Notes: generated by a model from the letters alone, not told the origin. A stretch of DNA of 64,000 bases from Minisyncoccota bacterium (GCA_022843285.1 JALHNY010000002.1:21124-85123); one strand, 5' to 3'. Shown: positions 1-9,898, numbered from the stretch's first letter. Translations and numbers: made by a program.

Positions 1-1025
1 GCCGGCTCTTCTGCTGCGATCGCGGGTGCTGCCTCGCCGCCGGCAATGCGCACGACGTCCTTGTCGATTTTTGCAAACTCCGTGACGGCGGTGTTGTACG
101 CGCTCGCCGCGTTCTTGATTCCGATGCCCACTTTGCGCATCTGCTCCTCATAGCTGCGGACGTGCGCGCCGAGCTCGGTGACGCGCTTCCTGATCTCGTC
201 CGCTCCCTTGGCGAACTGGATCTGCTTCACGCCCTGGAGAATGGTCTGGAGGTACGCGTACAGCACGACCGGGGAAACCGGCACCACCTTCTTCTCGTGC
301 GCGTACTCGATGAGGTTGCGCTCGCGCCCGGCTACGCCCACCTGGCGCACGATGAGCTCGTAGTAGAGGGCTTCGGAGGGAATGAACATGAGCGCGAACT
401 CGAACGTGCCGTCCTCGGGGCGCACGTACTTCGATGACTCGTCGATGCGCTTCTTGAGGTCTGCCTGGATTGCCCTCTCGTGCGTGGCGCGCTCCGCGTC
501 CGTCGCTGCCTCCACGAAGCGGTTGTAGTTATCCAGGGAGAACTTTGCGTCGATCGGAATGAGCTTGTCCTCGTACTTGATCACGGCATCAGCGCGCAGC
601 CCGTCGGGGAACGTGTACTGCATCTGGTACAGGTTGGGGGAGAGCACGTTGCGGAGCGCCGTATCCAGCATGACCTCGCCGAGCGCGCCGCGCTGCGCCG
701 GGGTCTTCAGAATGCGCTGCAGGCCGCGCAGCTCGTCCGCAATGGTGAGAGACTGCTTCTGGTTCTCGTGCAGGGCCGCCATGCGGGTCGCGAGCTCCCG
801 CTCCAGCTGCCCGACGCGCTCCGCCTGCTTGAGCAGGCTCTCGCTGCGCTCCCTGGACGCCTCGGAGAACTTCCCGTCCAGGCGGTCCGTGAGGGACAGG
901 AGCTTTCCCTCCAGGTCTCCGGTGCCGCCCGAGATTTTGCCGCGGAGCGCGACGAGCAGCGCGATGACGCCCAGGGCGGTGATGCCCGAGAGGACGAGCG
1001 CTACGACGAGCAGGGTGGACTCCAC
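1..1025 (-). CDS. rmuC: DNA recombination protein RmuC, C-terminally truncated by the window edge (GTG start at 1025-1023)
   Basis: Reverse-strand translation gives N-terminal TM helix STLLVVALVLSGITALGVIALLVAL, a coiled-coil and the conserved RmuC-like block ...ALRNVLSPNLYQMQYTFPDG / DAVIKYEDKLIPIDAKF. The listed + strand ORFs 480..1076 and 559..1458 are its R/L-rich antisense. Confidence 0.7.
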   Translation of the reverse strand, partial: MESTLLVVALVLSGITALGVIALLVALRGKISGGTGDLEGKLLSLTDRLDGKFSEASRERSESLLKQAERVGQLERELATRMAALHENQKQSLTIADELRGLQRILKTPAQRGALGEVMLDTALRNVLSPNLYQMQYTFPDGLRADAVIKYEDKLIPIDAKFSLDNYNRFVEAATDAERATHERAIQADLKKRIDESSKYVRPEDGTFEFALMFIPSEALYYELIVRQVGVAGRERNLIEYAHEKKVVPVSPVVLYAYLQTILQGVKQIQFAKGADEIRKRVTELGAHVRSYEEQMRKVGIGIKNAASAYNTAVTEFAKIDKDVVRIAGGEAAPAIAAEEP

Positions 1026-1026
1026 G

Positions 1027-1374
1027 CTAGCGGCGATCTATCAGGTGCAGGAACCAGGAGACGAGGCCGAGCGTGACCGAGAAGGCGAGCGCCCACCAGA
1101 AGCCGTTCACCACGAACCCCTCCACGAGATTGGAGGCGAGGAGGATGAAGAACGCGTTCACCACCAGGCCGAAAACGCCCAGGGTGATGATGTTGATCGG
1201 GAGCGTGATGAGGCTCACGACGGGCTTGATGAGCGTGTTAATGATGCCCAGGACGACGGTGGCGAGAATCAGGGCGGTGAAGCCCCGGAACTCGACGCCG
1301 GGAAGGAGGCCAGCCGCAATGGCGACCGCCGCCATGTTCACGACCAGGTGGAGGAGGATGCGCAGCGGATTCAT
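1027..1374 (-). CDS. DUF360/YvlD-like (phage-holin-4 superfamily) small membrane protein
   Basis: 115 aa with 3-4 TM helices (LLHLVVNMAAVAIAAGLLPGV...); its stop at 1027-1029 abuts the rmuC start. Confidence 0.65.
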   Translation of the reverse strand: MNPLRILLHLVVNMAAVAIAAGLLPGVEFRGFTALILATVVLGIINTLIKPVVSLITLPINIITLGVFGLVVNAFFILLASNLVEGFVVNGFWWALAFSVTLGLVSWFLHLIDRR

Positions 1375-1476
1375 GGCTACAGGGTACTCCAGGAGGGGGG
1401 TCTTGCACTATTTCCACTTTGGTGGTATAGTGTTGGCACAGATTTTTTGAAATTTTAATAAAAGGAGATTTGAGCG

Positions 1477-2628
1477 ATGAAAAAAATCATCATGTTCGCG
1501 GCGTTGGTCGCATTGTTCGTGGCCGGCACCGTGTCGGCTCAAGTCAAAGTCACCGGAGAAGGCAAACGCCCGGGTGAGTCACCGAATCGCATCGTCATTG
1601 ATATGGGGTCCAAAACCCCGATCAACACGATGTCGGCGACCCGTCTGAGTGCTGCCCTGAATGAGCTTCAAGCAGCGATCTTGTCCCTGGACGAGATCAA
1701 CGCCTACAGAGAAGCCCTTCAGAGCCAGAGCTGCCCTCTGCCGAATGCTTCGATGCCCACGTCGGTCACCCTGACGCTCTCTGAGGAGGACAAAACTCTG
1801 ACTCAGGACGCTAGCGGAACCGCGACGGCATACGGTGTTCTCTGCAGGAAAACCAACTCCTGCGGTCGCCGGGACTACGAGAAAGTGTTTCAGGTGAACG
1901 GAACCCTCACCGCTACCCTTCGCGGGGTCAGTGAGGACAACCTCGTTCGCAACCTGGGCGCGCTCGTCACCCTGGCGGAATCAGTTCGCACCTACCGTGT
2001 GGCACTGGTTCAGAGCATTGCGGCTTGCCGCAAGCCGGCAGACAATCCGATTACCACCAACCCGACCCCTAACCCGACTCCAACTCCGACCCCCAACCAG
2101 CAGATTGTCTCGAACAATCAGCCGGTTGAGAAAGAGGACAAGGAGAAGAAAAAGGGTTGCGGCTGGGAAACCTTCTGGGGAGCAGTCCTCGGAGGCGGTG
2201 GCGGTGGCTTCGGTGCGAGTCGTGTTGGCAACAACAATCGCACTGCGGCTGGTCTCGTCGGCGGCGGAACCGGAGCATTCACCGGAGCCATGACGGCTCG
2301 TGCCCTCTGCAAGAGTGGCGCGAACTCGTTCGTCTCGGTTCTCGGAGGCGGCGGTCTCGGTGCTGGTGGCGGAACCCTTACCGGTCTCTTCTTCAGAGGA
2401 GGCAAGGTGAGAATTCCACCCGGCGGTGGCAACACCACGGGTCCCATCAGGGTTTGCAACGGCTTGCCGTGCAACATCAGCACTGGCGGTGGCAACACCG
2501 GAGGAAACTGGAACCCCATCCGTATCAACTACGGAGCAGGATCCACAACCTCGACTCCGGTCACAATCCGGACGACCACACCGACTACCAATACCGGGGG
2601 ATCGTGGACCCCCGTGCGGATCAACTAG
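1477..2628 (+). CDS. secreted hypothetical protein with a PT-repeat linker and a Gly-rich C-terminus
   Basis: RBS aaaaggaga 8 nt upstream of the ATG; signal peptide MKKIIMFAALVALFVAGTVSA; TNPTPNPTPTPTP linker; GGGGG-rich C-terminal third. Confidence 0.75.
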   Translation: MKKIIMFAALVALFVAGTVSAQVKVTGEGKRPGESPNRIVIDMGSKTPINTMSATRLSAALNELQAAILSLDEINAYREALQSQSCPLPNASMPTSVTLTLSEEDKTLTQDASGTATAYGVLCRKTNSCGRRDYEKVFQVNGTLTATLRGVSEDNLVRNLGALVTLAESVRTYRVALVQSIAACRKPADNPITTNPTPNPTPTPTPNQQIVSNNQPVEKEDKEKKKGCGWETFWGAVLGGGGGGFGASRVGNNNRTAAGLVGGGTGAFTGAMTARALCKSGANSFVSVLGGGGLGAGGGTLTGLFFRGGKVRIPPGGGNTTGPIRVCNGLPCNISTGGGNTGGNWNPIRINYGAGSTTSTPVTIRTTTPTTNTGGSWTPVRIN

Positions 2629-2735
2629 CGAAATCCACATTTTTGACCAAGGGCGGCCCCAAAAGCCGCCTTTGCCTTTACTTTGACTCAGGAGGGTATA
2701 TCCTCGTGATTCGAGGCAAAGGATAAGAAAATATG

Positions 2736-2764
2736 TTGACATTTCCGGCAACTCGTTATATAAT
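2736..2764 (+). promoter_or_regulatory. sigma70 consensus-like promoter (TTGACA-17 nt-TATAAT) upstream of the surface protein gene
   Basis: ttgaca at 2736-2741, a 17-nt spacer, tataat at 2759-2764 in an AT-richer intergenic stretch; followed by a nested hairpin (gtgctag...agggca cttc tgccct...ctagcac, about 2773-2806) in the leader. Confidence 0.5.
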
Positions 2765-2853
2765 GCAACCATCGTGCTAGAGGTCTCAGGAGGGCACTTC
2801 TGCCCTAGCACGGTTCCTGCTCACAAGGCCGAAACTACTAACTAATCACTACC

Positions 2854-5010
2854 ATGAAGAACAAGCTTTCTAGGGTTCTCGCCGGTATTGGTCTCGCCAT
2901 TGCGGTTGTTGCTACCAGCCAGCCGTTCGTGGCTTCTGCGCTCATCCCGCAGGCCAAGGCTTCCGGTGCGGCCCTCAACGTTCACCCCCAGGACTTCCCG
3001 GTCCTCGAGGTGAGCAACTACTCTCGCTGCCCCGGCAGCAACTCCTGCTGGTCCTCTTCGATCAGCGGCGTGCGCCCCGGTGAGGTCATCGCTTTCGTGA
3101 TGTACGCTCACAACACGGGCACCGATGGTGCGACCAACACCCGCGTCAGCCTCCAGCTCGACGAGAACGGGTCCCAGGCTCGCGGCATCGCAACGATCTC
3201 AGCTGACAACGCCAACAGCGTCAGCGGCCAGGTCCTCGTCGGCTTCGACCAGAGCGTGCAGACGCCGGTCTCGCTGACCTACGTTGGCGGCGAGTACTAC
3301 CGCCAGTCCAGCCTCGACCCGACGGGTCCCGACGCTCTCCCGAGCGGCCAGACCCCGCGCGGCGTCACCCAGGGCGGCGTCAACATCGGCACCCTGCCGG
3401 CTGATGCCTACGGCTCCTGGAACAACGACATGCAGCTCGTGGTCCGCTTCCGCGTTGACGGGAACACCACCTCCTGCACCGATGCGACCCTGAACGTCAC
3501 CCCGGACACGCAGACCGTGCGCGTCGGTGAGACGACCCAGTACCGTGCCATCTACGACAGCAACGGCAACTGCGCTGGCGGACAGACCGATGTCACGAAC
3601 TCCGCATCCTGGACCGACGGCGACTTCGCCTCCGTGGCGACCTCGCTCGGCCAGGGCCGTTTCCGCGGCACCCGCGAGGGTACCGGATCGGTCCGCGCCA
3701 GCTACAACGGCCTCTCCGACTCGGCGACCATTCGCGTCACCGACGGCGGCGGCACCGGCTGCAGCGCGGCCACCCTCCGCGTGAGCCCGACCAGGGACAC
3801 GGTGGACGTGGGTGACGAGGCGCAGTACCGCGCAACCTACGACAGCAACGGTGACTGCTCCGGCGGCGAGCGCGACGTCACCAACGACGCAGACTGGTCC
3901 GTTGACTCCTCGAGCATCGCGACCGAGCTCGGCGACGGAGAGTTCCGCGGCCGCCGCGAGGGCAGCACCACGGTCCGCGCCCGCTACAGCGGCCTGACCG
4001 ACACGGCGACCCTCCGCGTCACCGATGACAACGGCAACGGCGGCTCGTGCGACGACGACGATGCGACCCTCGTGATCGTCCCGTTCACGGCAACGGTTGG
4101 CGTCAACCAGACCTTCCAGTACCGCGCGCTCTACGATGCAGACGGCCCCGGCTGCTCTCGCAACGGCGACCGCGACGTGTCCGGAAGCGCAAACTGGTCC
4201 ACGAGCAACTCTGGCATCGCCAGCTCGCTCGGAAGTGGCTCCGTTCGCGGCAACGCGGGTGGCACCACCTCGGTCTTCGCTCGCTACAACGGCATCACGG
4301 CTAACGCCAACATGACGGTTGTCGCGACCGGTGGCCCGACCCCGCCCCCGGTGATCATCCAGCAGCCCCCGGTCATCATCGGCGGCGGCACGGTGGTCCA
4401 GCCGATCGTGGCAGGCGTCTCCACCGACTCGAGCGTCGCGTGCATCACGGTGACCCCCTCGGTCGACGTGGACACCATGCTCCCGAACCAGGAGTTCGTG
4501 TATACCACCCTGTACCGCAACGACTGCCCGTTCGCGCTGAACAATGCGGTTCTCCGCGTGTTCATGCCCAACGAGGTGGACATCCTGTCCTCGAGCAACC
4601 CCTTCTTCATCCGCGAGGGTCAGAAGATGAGCTACAACCTCGGCACGCTTCCGCCCGGCGGACAGGGTTCCGTGGCAATCACCGCCTACGTCCGCAAGGA
4701 CTCCAAGATCGGTGACACGCTCACCTACACCTCGTCGATTGAGTTCCTCGACAGCACCAACCGCATCCAGAACGCGTCCTCGTACCTGGTGGCGATCCTC
4801 GGCGGCACGATCTCGCGCCCGCTGACGGCATCCCTCACGGATACGCTCGGCATGATCTTCGGCAGCGGCTGGTTCTGGCTCCTGTTCATCCTCCTGGTCA
4901 TCCTCGGCATCGGCTGGTTCCTCTGGACCCTCCTCGCTCGCCGCAACGAGACCAAGGTAGTGGTGGCTCGCGCAGACGAGGACCCGCTCCGCGCTCTCCG
5001 CAACGCGTAG
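2854..5010 (+). CDS. large cell-surface protein: signal peptide, tandem Big_2-like Ig domains, C-terminal TM anchor
   Basis: 718 aa; signal peptide MKNKLSRVLAGIGLAIAVVATSQPFVASA; four roughly 95-aa repeats (VTPDTQTVRVGETTQYRAIYDSNGNC...ATIRVTD); C-terminal TM WFWLLFILLVILGIGWFLWTLLA followed by a basic tail. Confidence 0.85.
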   Translation: MKNKLSRVLAGIGLAIAVVATSQPFVASALIPQAKASGAALNVHPQDFPVLEVSNYSRCPGSNSCWSSSISGVRPGEVIAFVMYAHNTGTDGATNTRVSLQLDENGSQARGIATISADNANSVSGQVLVGFDQSVQTPVSLTYVGGEYYRQSSLDPTGPDALPSGQTPRGVTQGGVNIGTLPADAYGSWNNDMQLVVRFRVDGNTTSCTDATLNVTPDTQTVRVGETTQYRAIYDSNGNCAGGQTDVTNSASWTDGDFASVATSLGQGRFRGTREGTGSVRASYNGLSDSATIRVTDGGGTGCSAATLRVSPTRDTVDVGDEAQYRATYDSNGDCSGGERDVTNDADWSVDSSSIATELGDGEFRGRREGSTTVRARYSGLTDTATLRVTDDNGNGGSCDDDDATLVIVPFTATVGVNQTFQYRALYDADGPGCSRNGDRDVSGSANWSTSNSGIASSLGSGSVRGNAGGTTSVFARYNGITANANMTVVATGGPTPPPVIIQQPPVIIGGGTVVQPIVAGVSTDSSVACITVTPSVDVDTMLPNQEFVYTTLYRNDCPFALNNAVLRVFMPNEVDILSSSNPFFIREGQKMSYNLGTLPPGGQGSVAITAYVRKDSKIGDTLTYTSSIEFLDSTNRIQNASSYLVAILGGTISRPLTASLTDTLGMIFGSGWFWLLFILLVILGIGWFLWTLLARRNETKVVVARADEDPLRALRNA
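3470..4320 (+). repeat. tandem, roughly 280-bp diverged coding repeats (Big_2-like domains) inside the surface protein gene
   Basis: Protein repeats TLNVTPDTQTVRVGETTQYRAIYDSNGNCAGG / TLRVSPTRDTVDVGDEAQYRATYDSNGDCSGG / TLVIVPFTATVGVNQTFQYRALYDADGPGCS. Confidence 0.7.
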
Positions 5011-5158
5011 CCCGGTAGCGGCTGCCCGAGCAGGAACCGCAACCGGCACACGGGGCCCCGACGAAAGTCGGGGCCCCGTTCCGTTTCATTGCTAAAATCT
5101 TAAAAAGTTGTATAATGCTTTCGCACTTTGATTCTATTTTTACGAGGAGGACAGCGCC

Positions 5159-5623
5159 GTGGGCTTTGTCGTGGAGAAGGTGAAGCCTGAGGAGACTCAG
5201 GATTTCATCGAACTAGATCGCCTCATTTTTTCTGAGGCGGATGCTTTCAACCCGGAGTTCTTCGACCTGTTCGAGAACTTCTGGATCATCATTAACGGCA
5301 GGAGAGCTGGAGCCATAATGCTCGGTCTGCACATGGACCGCTGGAGCCAGGAGGTTCCGCCGCCGAGGGAGGGTTCGCTCTACCTGGCGAGCACCGGTCT
5401 CCTGAAGCGGTACCGCGGGTTCGGTGCGGGTCGCCAGGCGAAGCTCTGGCAGATTGCGTACGCGCGCGAGCACGGGTTCACCCGTCTCGTTGCAGAAAAC
5501 CGTGCGAGCAACCACGCCATCGTGAACCTGAACAAGTCTCTCGGCTTCGAGCTCATCGGGATCGATCCGGGTTTCTACCCGGATCCGCTCGAGGATGCCC
5601 TCATCATGGAGCTCGTCCTGTGA
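5159..5623 (+). CDS. GNAT family N-acetyltransferase
   Basis: GTG start with gaggagg SD 8 nt upstream; GNAT core RGFGAGRQAKLWQIAYAREHGFTRLVAENRASNHAIVNLNKSLGFE. Confidence 0.8.
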   Translation: MGFVVEKVKPEETQDFIELDRLIFSEADAFNPEFFDLFENFWIIINGRRAGAIMLGLHMDRWSQEVPPPREGSLYLASTGLLKRYRGFGAGRQAKLWQIAYAREHGFTRLVAENRASNHAIVNLNKSLGFELIGIDPGFYPDPLEDALIMELVL

Positions 5624-5682
5624 TGCAACGCGCCACCCGCAAGGGTGGCCATTTCTTTTTCCCGGCGTGCTATCCTCGCTCC

Positions 5683-6396
5683 ATGGAGCAGATCACGTAC
5701 CCCGTGCGCATCAACAAGTACCTCGCCCTGGTGGGCGAGGAGACGCGCCGCGGCGCAGATCCGCTGGTGAAGGCGGGCCTGGTGCTCATCAACGGCAAGC
5801 GGGCCGAACCGGGGCAGTGGGTGAACGAGGGGGACAGGGTCGAGGTGAAGCGGAAGGCTCCGAAGAGGTACGCGTACTTCGCGTACAACAAGCCCTTCGG
5901 GATCATCACGCACTCGCCGCAGGAGGGGGAGCGGGACATCAAGCAGGTGACGCGCAAGTCGGCCATGCCGCCGGACGTGTTCCCGCTCGGGCGCCTGGAC
6001 AAGAACTCGCACGGCCTCATCATTCTCACCAACGACGGGCGCATCACGGACCGCCTCCTGCACCCCAGCTACGAGCACGAGAAGGAGTACGTCGTGAAGG
6101 TGCAGAACAAGCTGCAGGGCAACTTCAAGCGCGTCATGGAGCGCGGCGTGGACATCGAGGGCTACGTGACGAAGCCCTGCACGGTGAAGGTGCTCGACGA
6201 CCACACCTTCTCAATCCGCCTCACCGAGGGCAAGAAGCACCAGATTCGCCGCATGGTGGTGGCGCTGAAGAACGACGTGGCCAACCTGAAGCGCACGCGG
6301 ATCATGAACGTGGAGCTCGGGCGCCTCGCGCCGGGCGCATCGCGCCCCATAGAGGGCGAGGAGCTGGCGACCTTCCTGCGCAGCCTGGGCTTCTAG
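5683..6396 (+). CDS. RsuA/RluB-family 16S/23S rRNA pseudouridine synthase (an upstream start at 5620 is possible)
   Basis: N-terminal S4 domain (VRINKYLALVG...GLVLINGKRA) and the catalytic GRLD motif (FPLGRLDKNSHGLIILTNDG). Confidence 0.8.
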   Translation: MEQITYPVRINKYLALVGEETRRGADPLVKAGLVLINGKRAEPGQWVNEGDRVEVKRKAPKRYAYFAYNKPFGIITHSPQEGERDIKQVTRKSAMPPDVFPLGRLDKNSHGLIILTNDGRITDRLLHPSYEHEKEYVVKVQNKLQGNFKRVMERGVDIEGYVTKPCTVKVLDDHTFSIRLTEGKKHQIRRMVVALKNDVANLKRTRIMNVELGRLAPGASRPIEGEELATFLRSLGF

Positions 6397-6836
6397 CCCT
6401 TCTCGCCTTGCCGCCTCGCGTGCTCCGCGAGGGCCTCGGTGGGATCGAACTGCAGGGCAACCGAGTTGATGCAGAATCGCTGCCCGGTGGTCTCGGCCGG
6501 GCCGTCTGGGAACACGTGCCCCAGGTGGCTGCCGCAGCGCGCGCAACGGACCTCGGTGCGCACCATGCCGTGGCTCGCGTCGTCCTCAAAGATCACGGAG
6601 CCGGGGACTGCCTCGTCGAAGCTCGGCCACCCGCAGTGCGCGTCGTACTTCTTCTCCGAGGAGAACAGCTGGTTGCCGCACGCGCCGCACCGGTACATTC
6701 CGGGCTCCCAGTTCTGGTCGTGCTCGCCGGAGAAGGGCGCCTCGGTGCCAGCCTGCCGCAGGACGCGGTACGCGTCCTCGCCCAGGGCCGCCCGCCACTC
6801 CTCTTCGGTTCTCTGCACGGGGAAATTTTCCTCCAT
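6393..6836 (-). CDS. msrB: peptide-methionine (R)-S-oxide reductase MsrB
   Basis: CxxC...CxxC zinc site and the catalytic RCARCGSHLGHVF motif typical of SelR/MsrB. Confidence 0.9.
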   Translation of the reverse strand: MEENFPVQRTEEEWRAALGEDAYRVLRQAGTEAPFSGEHDQNWEPGMYRCGACGNQLFSSEKKYDAHCGWPSFDEAVPGSVIFEDDASHGMVRTEVRCARCGSHLGHVFPDGPAETTGQRFCINSVALQFDPTEALAEHARRQGEKG

Positions 6837-6845
6837 GTGCGAATG

Positions 6846-8219
6846 CTACGCCGGCTTCCCGCCCGGGTCGAGGGCGGCCACGCGCTCCACGTACTTTTTG
6901 ATGTCGAACTTCTTGTCCGCGCCGCTGCGGTTCATGTACCGGACCACGCCGTACACGGGGCGGTCGAACCAGGGGCGGTCGTGCAGCCCGCCGATGGACC
7001 AGGCGATGCCGGCGTACCCGTTGGGATCCCGGCCGTCCAGGAAGTAGCGGTCGTTGAGGTAGGTTGCGGTCTGCTGCGCCTCCTCGTACGTGGCGCTCCA
7101 CTCCAGGATCTTCTTCGCCCAGTACATGCGGAGGTACCCGTGCATCTTGCCGCGGCGCAGCATCTCGGTCTGGGCGGCGTTCCAGAGGTCGTCGTGGGTC
7201 GCCGCGCGCTCCCACTCGCCGCGGGTGTACACGTACTCGCGCCGGTCTCCCGCGTGCGCGTCGAGGCTAGCCCTGGCCCACGCGGGGAACGCCGCGGGGG
7301 AGTCGTACCCGGGTTCGTGCAGGCAGAAGTTGTCAGAGAGTTCCCTCCGCACGATGAGCTCCTCGAGGAACGCGTCGCGATCCGCGGCCGGCGCGCGCGC
7401 CGCCCTCACGGCGAGTGCCACGCGCTGCGCGGCGACGTGCCCGAAGTGCAGGTGCGGGGAGAGGTCGCTCTGGTGCTCCTCGTTCGGGTCGTTGCGCCCC
7501 TCCGCGTACCCGTTGAGGCGCCTCTCGGTGAAGCGCTCCAGCTGGCGCCTGGCGGCGCGCTCGCCCGGCTCGATCCACGTCACCGGTGCCACGGACTCGT
7601 CCACCTCGAGCGACGCTCGCACGGTCGCCCAGTCCGTCCTGCCGAGATCCGGCAACCCGGTGCCCTGCGGCAAGACGCGCGGGAACTCCTCCAAGTACAC
7701 GGGCAGGAGGCGGCTGATCTTGGGCCGCAGCGTGCGCGCGCCCACCTCGCGCTTACCCGACGCCACCCAGCACGGCACGACGTTGTGCGCGTCCACCTCG
7801 TGCACGGGGCACGGGGATGCTGCGCTCACGCGCTCGCGCCACTGCCTCGGCAGGCGCAGCGGGTTGAAGTCCGTGACGATGAGGCTCGCGCCCAGTTTGC
7901 GCGCGAGGCCCGGCACTGCCTCTCCCGGATCTCCGGAGAGCAGCTTGAACGGCACGTGCCGCGCGGCGAGGTCACGCTCCAGCTCCTCGAGGCCGCCGAG
8001 CATGAAGTCGTACTGGCGGAGCGTCGCGCCGAGGAACCCGGGAGAGAGCGCGAAGCAGGCGACCAGTGGCACCCCGAGACGCTTGGCCTGCCCGTGCGCG
8101 TACAGGGCAGCCCAGTTGTCCCTGAGCCGCTGGTCTCGCTGGATCCACCACACGACCGGCCCCGAACCTCCCGAGTTGAAGCCAATTTGCCGGATGCGCT
8201 CCGGGCGAATGGTGGCCAT
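6846..8219 (-). CDS. phr: deoxyribodipyrimidine photolyase, class II-like
   Basis: 457 aa; N-terminal photolyase alpha/beta domain and C-terminal FAD-binding region with GIAWSIGGLHDRPW, characteristic of class II CPD photolyases. Confidence 0.8.
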   Translation of the reverse strand: MATIRPERIRQIGFNSGGSGPVVWWIQRDQRLRDNWAALYAHGQAKRLGVPLVACFALSPGFLGATLRQYDFMLGGLEELERDLAARHVPFKLLSGDPGEAVPGLARKLGASLIVTDFNPLRLPRQWRERVSAASPCPVHEVDAHNVVPCWVASGKREVGARTLRPKISRLLPVYLEEFPRVLPQGTGLPDLGRTDWATVRASLEVDESVAPVTWIEPGERAARRQLERFTERRLNGYAEGRNDPNEEHQSDLSPHLHFGHVAAQRVALAVRAARAPAADRDAFLEELIVRRELSDNFCLHEPGYDSPAAFPAWARASLDAHAGDRREYVYTRGEWERAATHDDLWNAAQTEMLRRGKMHGYLRMYWAKKILEWSATYEEAQQTATYLNDRYFLDGRDPNGYAGIAWSIGGLHDRPWFDRPVYGVVRYMNRSGADKKFDIKKYVERVAALDPGGKPA

Positions 8220-8232
8220 GCGGTGAACCCAG

Positions 8233-8688
8233 CTACGCCTCGTCCTCCGCGGCGTACACCTCCCTGCCCGCGCCGAACCAGCCGAGCTTGCGGTCCAGCG
8301 AGTACCAGCCCGCGCCCTGCAGAGCCACGGCGAGAGACCCCACGAGGAGGGCGATGTCCAGCTCGGCGCCGACGCCCACCTTGGCGATGAGGCCGAGCTT
8401 CGCCTTGATGGTCAGGATCGTGATGATTGAGATCACGGAGAGGAGGCCCGCCGCGACGGGGGACGCCACGCCCAGGACGAGCGCGATGCCGCCGAAGAGC
8501 TCGATGAAGACCGTGAGCCACGCGAAGAGGTTCGGCAGCGGGAAGCCGAGGTCCGCGCCGAGGAGCGTCGCGAGGCTGCCGATGCCCACCTGGAGGTGCA
8601 TCAGGGCGTGCGCGATGAATACGGTTCCGATGCCGATGCGGATCATCAGGAGGGCGAGGTCTGCCCGGTGCGTGTGCTTGCTGTTCAT
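8233..8688 (-). CDS. DoxX family membrane protein
   Basis: 151 aa, 4 TM helices, DoxX-like N-terminus (ADLALLMIRIGIGTVFIAHALMHL). Confidence 0.7.
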   Translation of the reverse strand: MNSKHTHRADLALLMIRIGIGTVFIAHALMHLQVGIGSLATLLGADLGFPLPNLFAWLTVFIELFGGIALVLGVASPVAAGLLSVISIITILTIKAKLGLIAKVGVGAELDIALLVGSLAVALQGAGWYSLDRKLGWFGAGREVYAAEDEA

Positions 8689-8729
8689 GGGTGGTGCGGG
8701 GGAATGTGTGCCTCCCCAGTATACCAGCC

Positions 8730-9431
8730 CTAGCTCGAGGTGAAGTACTCCCGCGACAGGAAGTGCTCCGCGAGCTCCCCGGGGAAGACCCGGTACGGGT
8801 CCAGCCCGCCGAACTGGGACGCGTGGTGCCTGAGCGCCTCGAGCTTCCGCTCCGGGCTAACCGGTACGCAGATGTCCGGCTCGCAGGTCGCCACAGCGTC
8901 CTCGTACGTGCCGGCGGCGCGCTTCTTCTGGAGGCAGTCCTGGAACGCCTGGCGGTGCCCCTCGCCGGGCAGCGAGAACGCCCAGTACGGAACCCCCGCC
9001 TCGCGCGCGAGGTCGCGCGCGACCTCGCCCATGGCGATGTGATCCGCGTGCCCGGTGTACCCGTCCGGGCCGAACCCCAGGATTGCCTCCGGCTGGACCT
9101 TCGCCACGATGGGCCGCAGCGCCGCCGCGATGTCCGCCGCGTGGCTCGCAATCTCGCCGTCCGGGAAGTCCAGCACGTGCACCTCGTGCACGTCGAGGCA
9201 GCCGCTCGCGCGGTGCAGCTCGTCGAAGCGGAGCTGCTTGAGCTCCTCGTCCGTCAGCTCGCGGTCCAGGTGCGCGCGGCCGCGGCCGCCGAGAGACGCG
9301 CAGGCGAGCGCGGTGGTGCCGCCGGCTTCCGCGTTCGCGTGGATGGTGCCACCCGAGGTAAAAGCCTCGTCATCCGGGTGTGCCGTGATGACGAGGAGGT
9401 TCCTGCCGAGGATGGGGTGGCGGCGGTCCAT
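8730..9431 (-). CDS. PIG-L/LmbE family N-acetylglucosaminyl deacetylase
   Basis: Zinc-binding AHPDDE motif at the N-terminus (LLVITAHPDDEAFTSGGT) and an HxxH motif further on. Confidence 0.8.
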   Translation of the reverse strand: MDRRHPILGRNLLVITAHPDDEAFTSGGTIHANAEAGGTTALACASLGGRGRAHLDRELTDEELKQLRFDELHRASGCLDVHEVHVLDFPDGEIASHAADIAAALRPIVAKVQPEAILGFGPDGYTGHADHIAMGEVARDLAREAGVPYWAFSLPGEGHRQAFQDCLQKKRAAGTYEDAVATCEPDICVPVSPERKLEALRHHASQFGGLDPYRVFPGELAEHFLSREYFTSS

Positions 9432-9433
9432 CG

Positions 9434-9862
9434 CTAGTGCTTGTGGATGCGGTCGTGAAGGTCGTCAGCCGTGACGGCCATGAAGAGTGAAGTCTTCCAG
9501 AGCAGGCGGTACCCCATGCGCCAGAAGCTGGTCACCAGGCCCACCGCGAACCAGCCAGCTAGGATGCGGAAGAGTCCGTCCAGGAGGGCAAACCCCGCGC
9601 CGATGCGCCACGGGATGGACCAGCCCGCGAGGGGATCAATGAGAATAACCGCGAGCAGGCTGAGCCAGTACCCGAGGCACAGCGGGCAGCGGATTGCCTG
9701 CTGGATGTTTTCGGGCAGCACGTCGACAGCCTTGTCGAGCCAGGTCTCCTCGCGGAGCTTGGTGAAGACGACGACAAAACCTGCGACGATGAGGCCGAGT
9801 AGGAAGATGGTGTAGATCATAGTGTTGCAAAAACAGGGAGAGCTAAGAAAGAAGGGCACCAC
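9434..9862 (-). CDS. hypothetical membrane protein
   Basis: 142 aa, 3-4 predicted TM helices, internal CPLC motif. Confidence 0.55.
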   Translation of the reverse strand: MVPFFLSSPCFCNTMIYTIFLLGLIVAGFVVVFTKLREETWLDKAVDVLPENIQQAIRCPLCLGYWLSLLAVILIDPLAGWSIPWRIGAGFALLDGLFRILAGWFAVGLVTSFWRMGYRLLWKTSLFMAVTADDLHDRIHKH

Positions 9863-9898
9863 GTCGGGCGCCCTCGTTTTCGTACCTTCGGCGGTGTT

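Noticed and set aside
3199-5049. 616-aa minus-strand ORF
   Set aside because: Antisense of the well-supported surface protein gene; A/R/G/V-rich low-complexity translation typical of high-GC antisense frames
5595-8390. 931-aa plus-strand ORF spanning several genes
   Set aside because: Runs antisense or out of frame through the pseudouridine synthase, msrB and photolyase genes; R/G/A/P-rich junk translation
7826-9151. 441-aa minus-strand ORF and the overlapping 7090..8226 plus-strand ORF
   Set aside because: Overlap photolyase, DoxX and PIG-L, which have clear homology; S/R/T-rich low complexity
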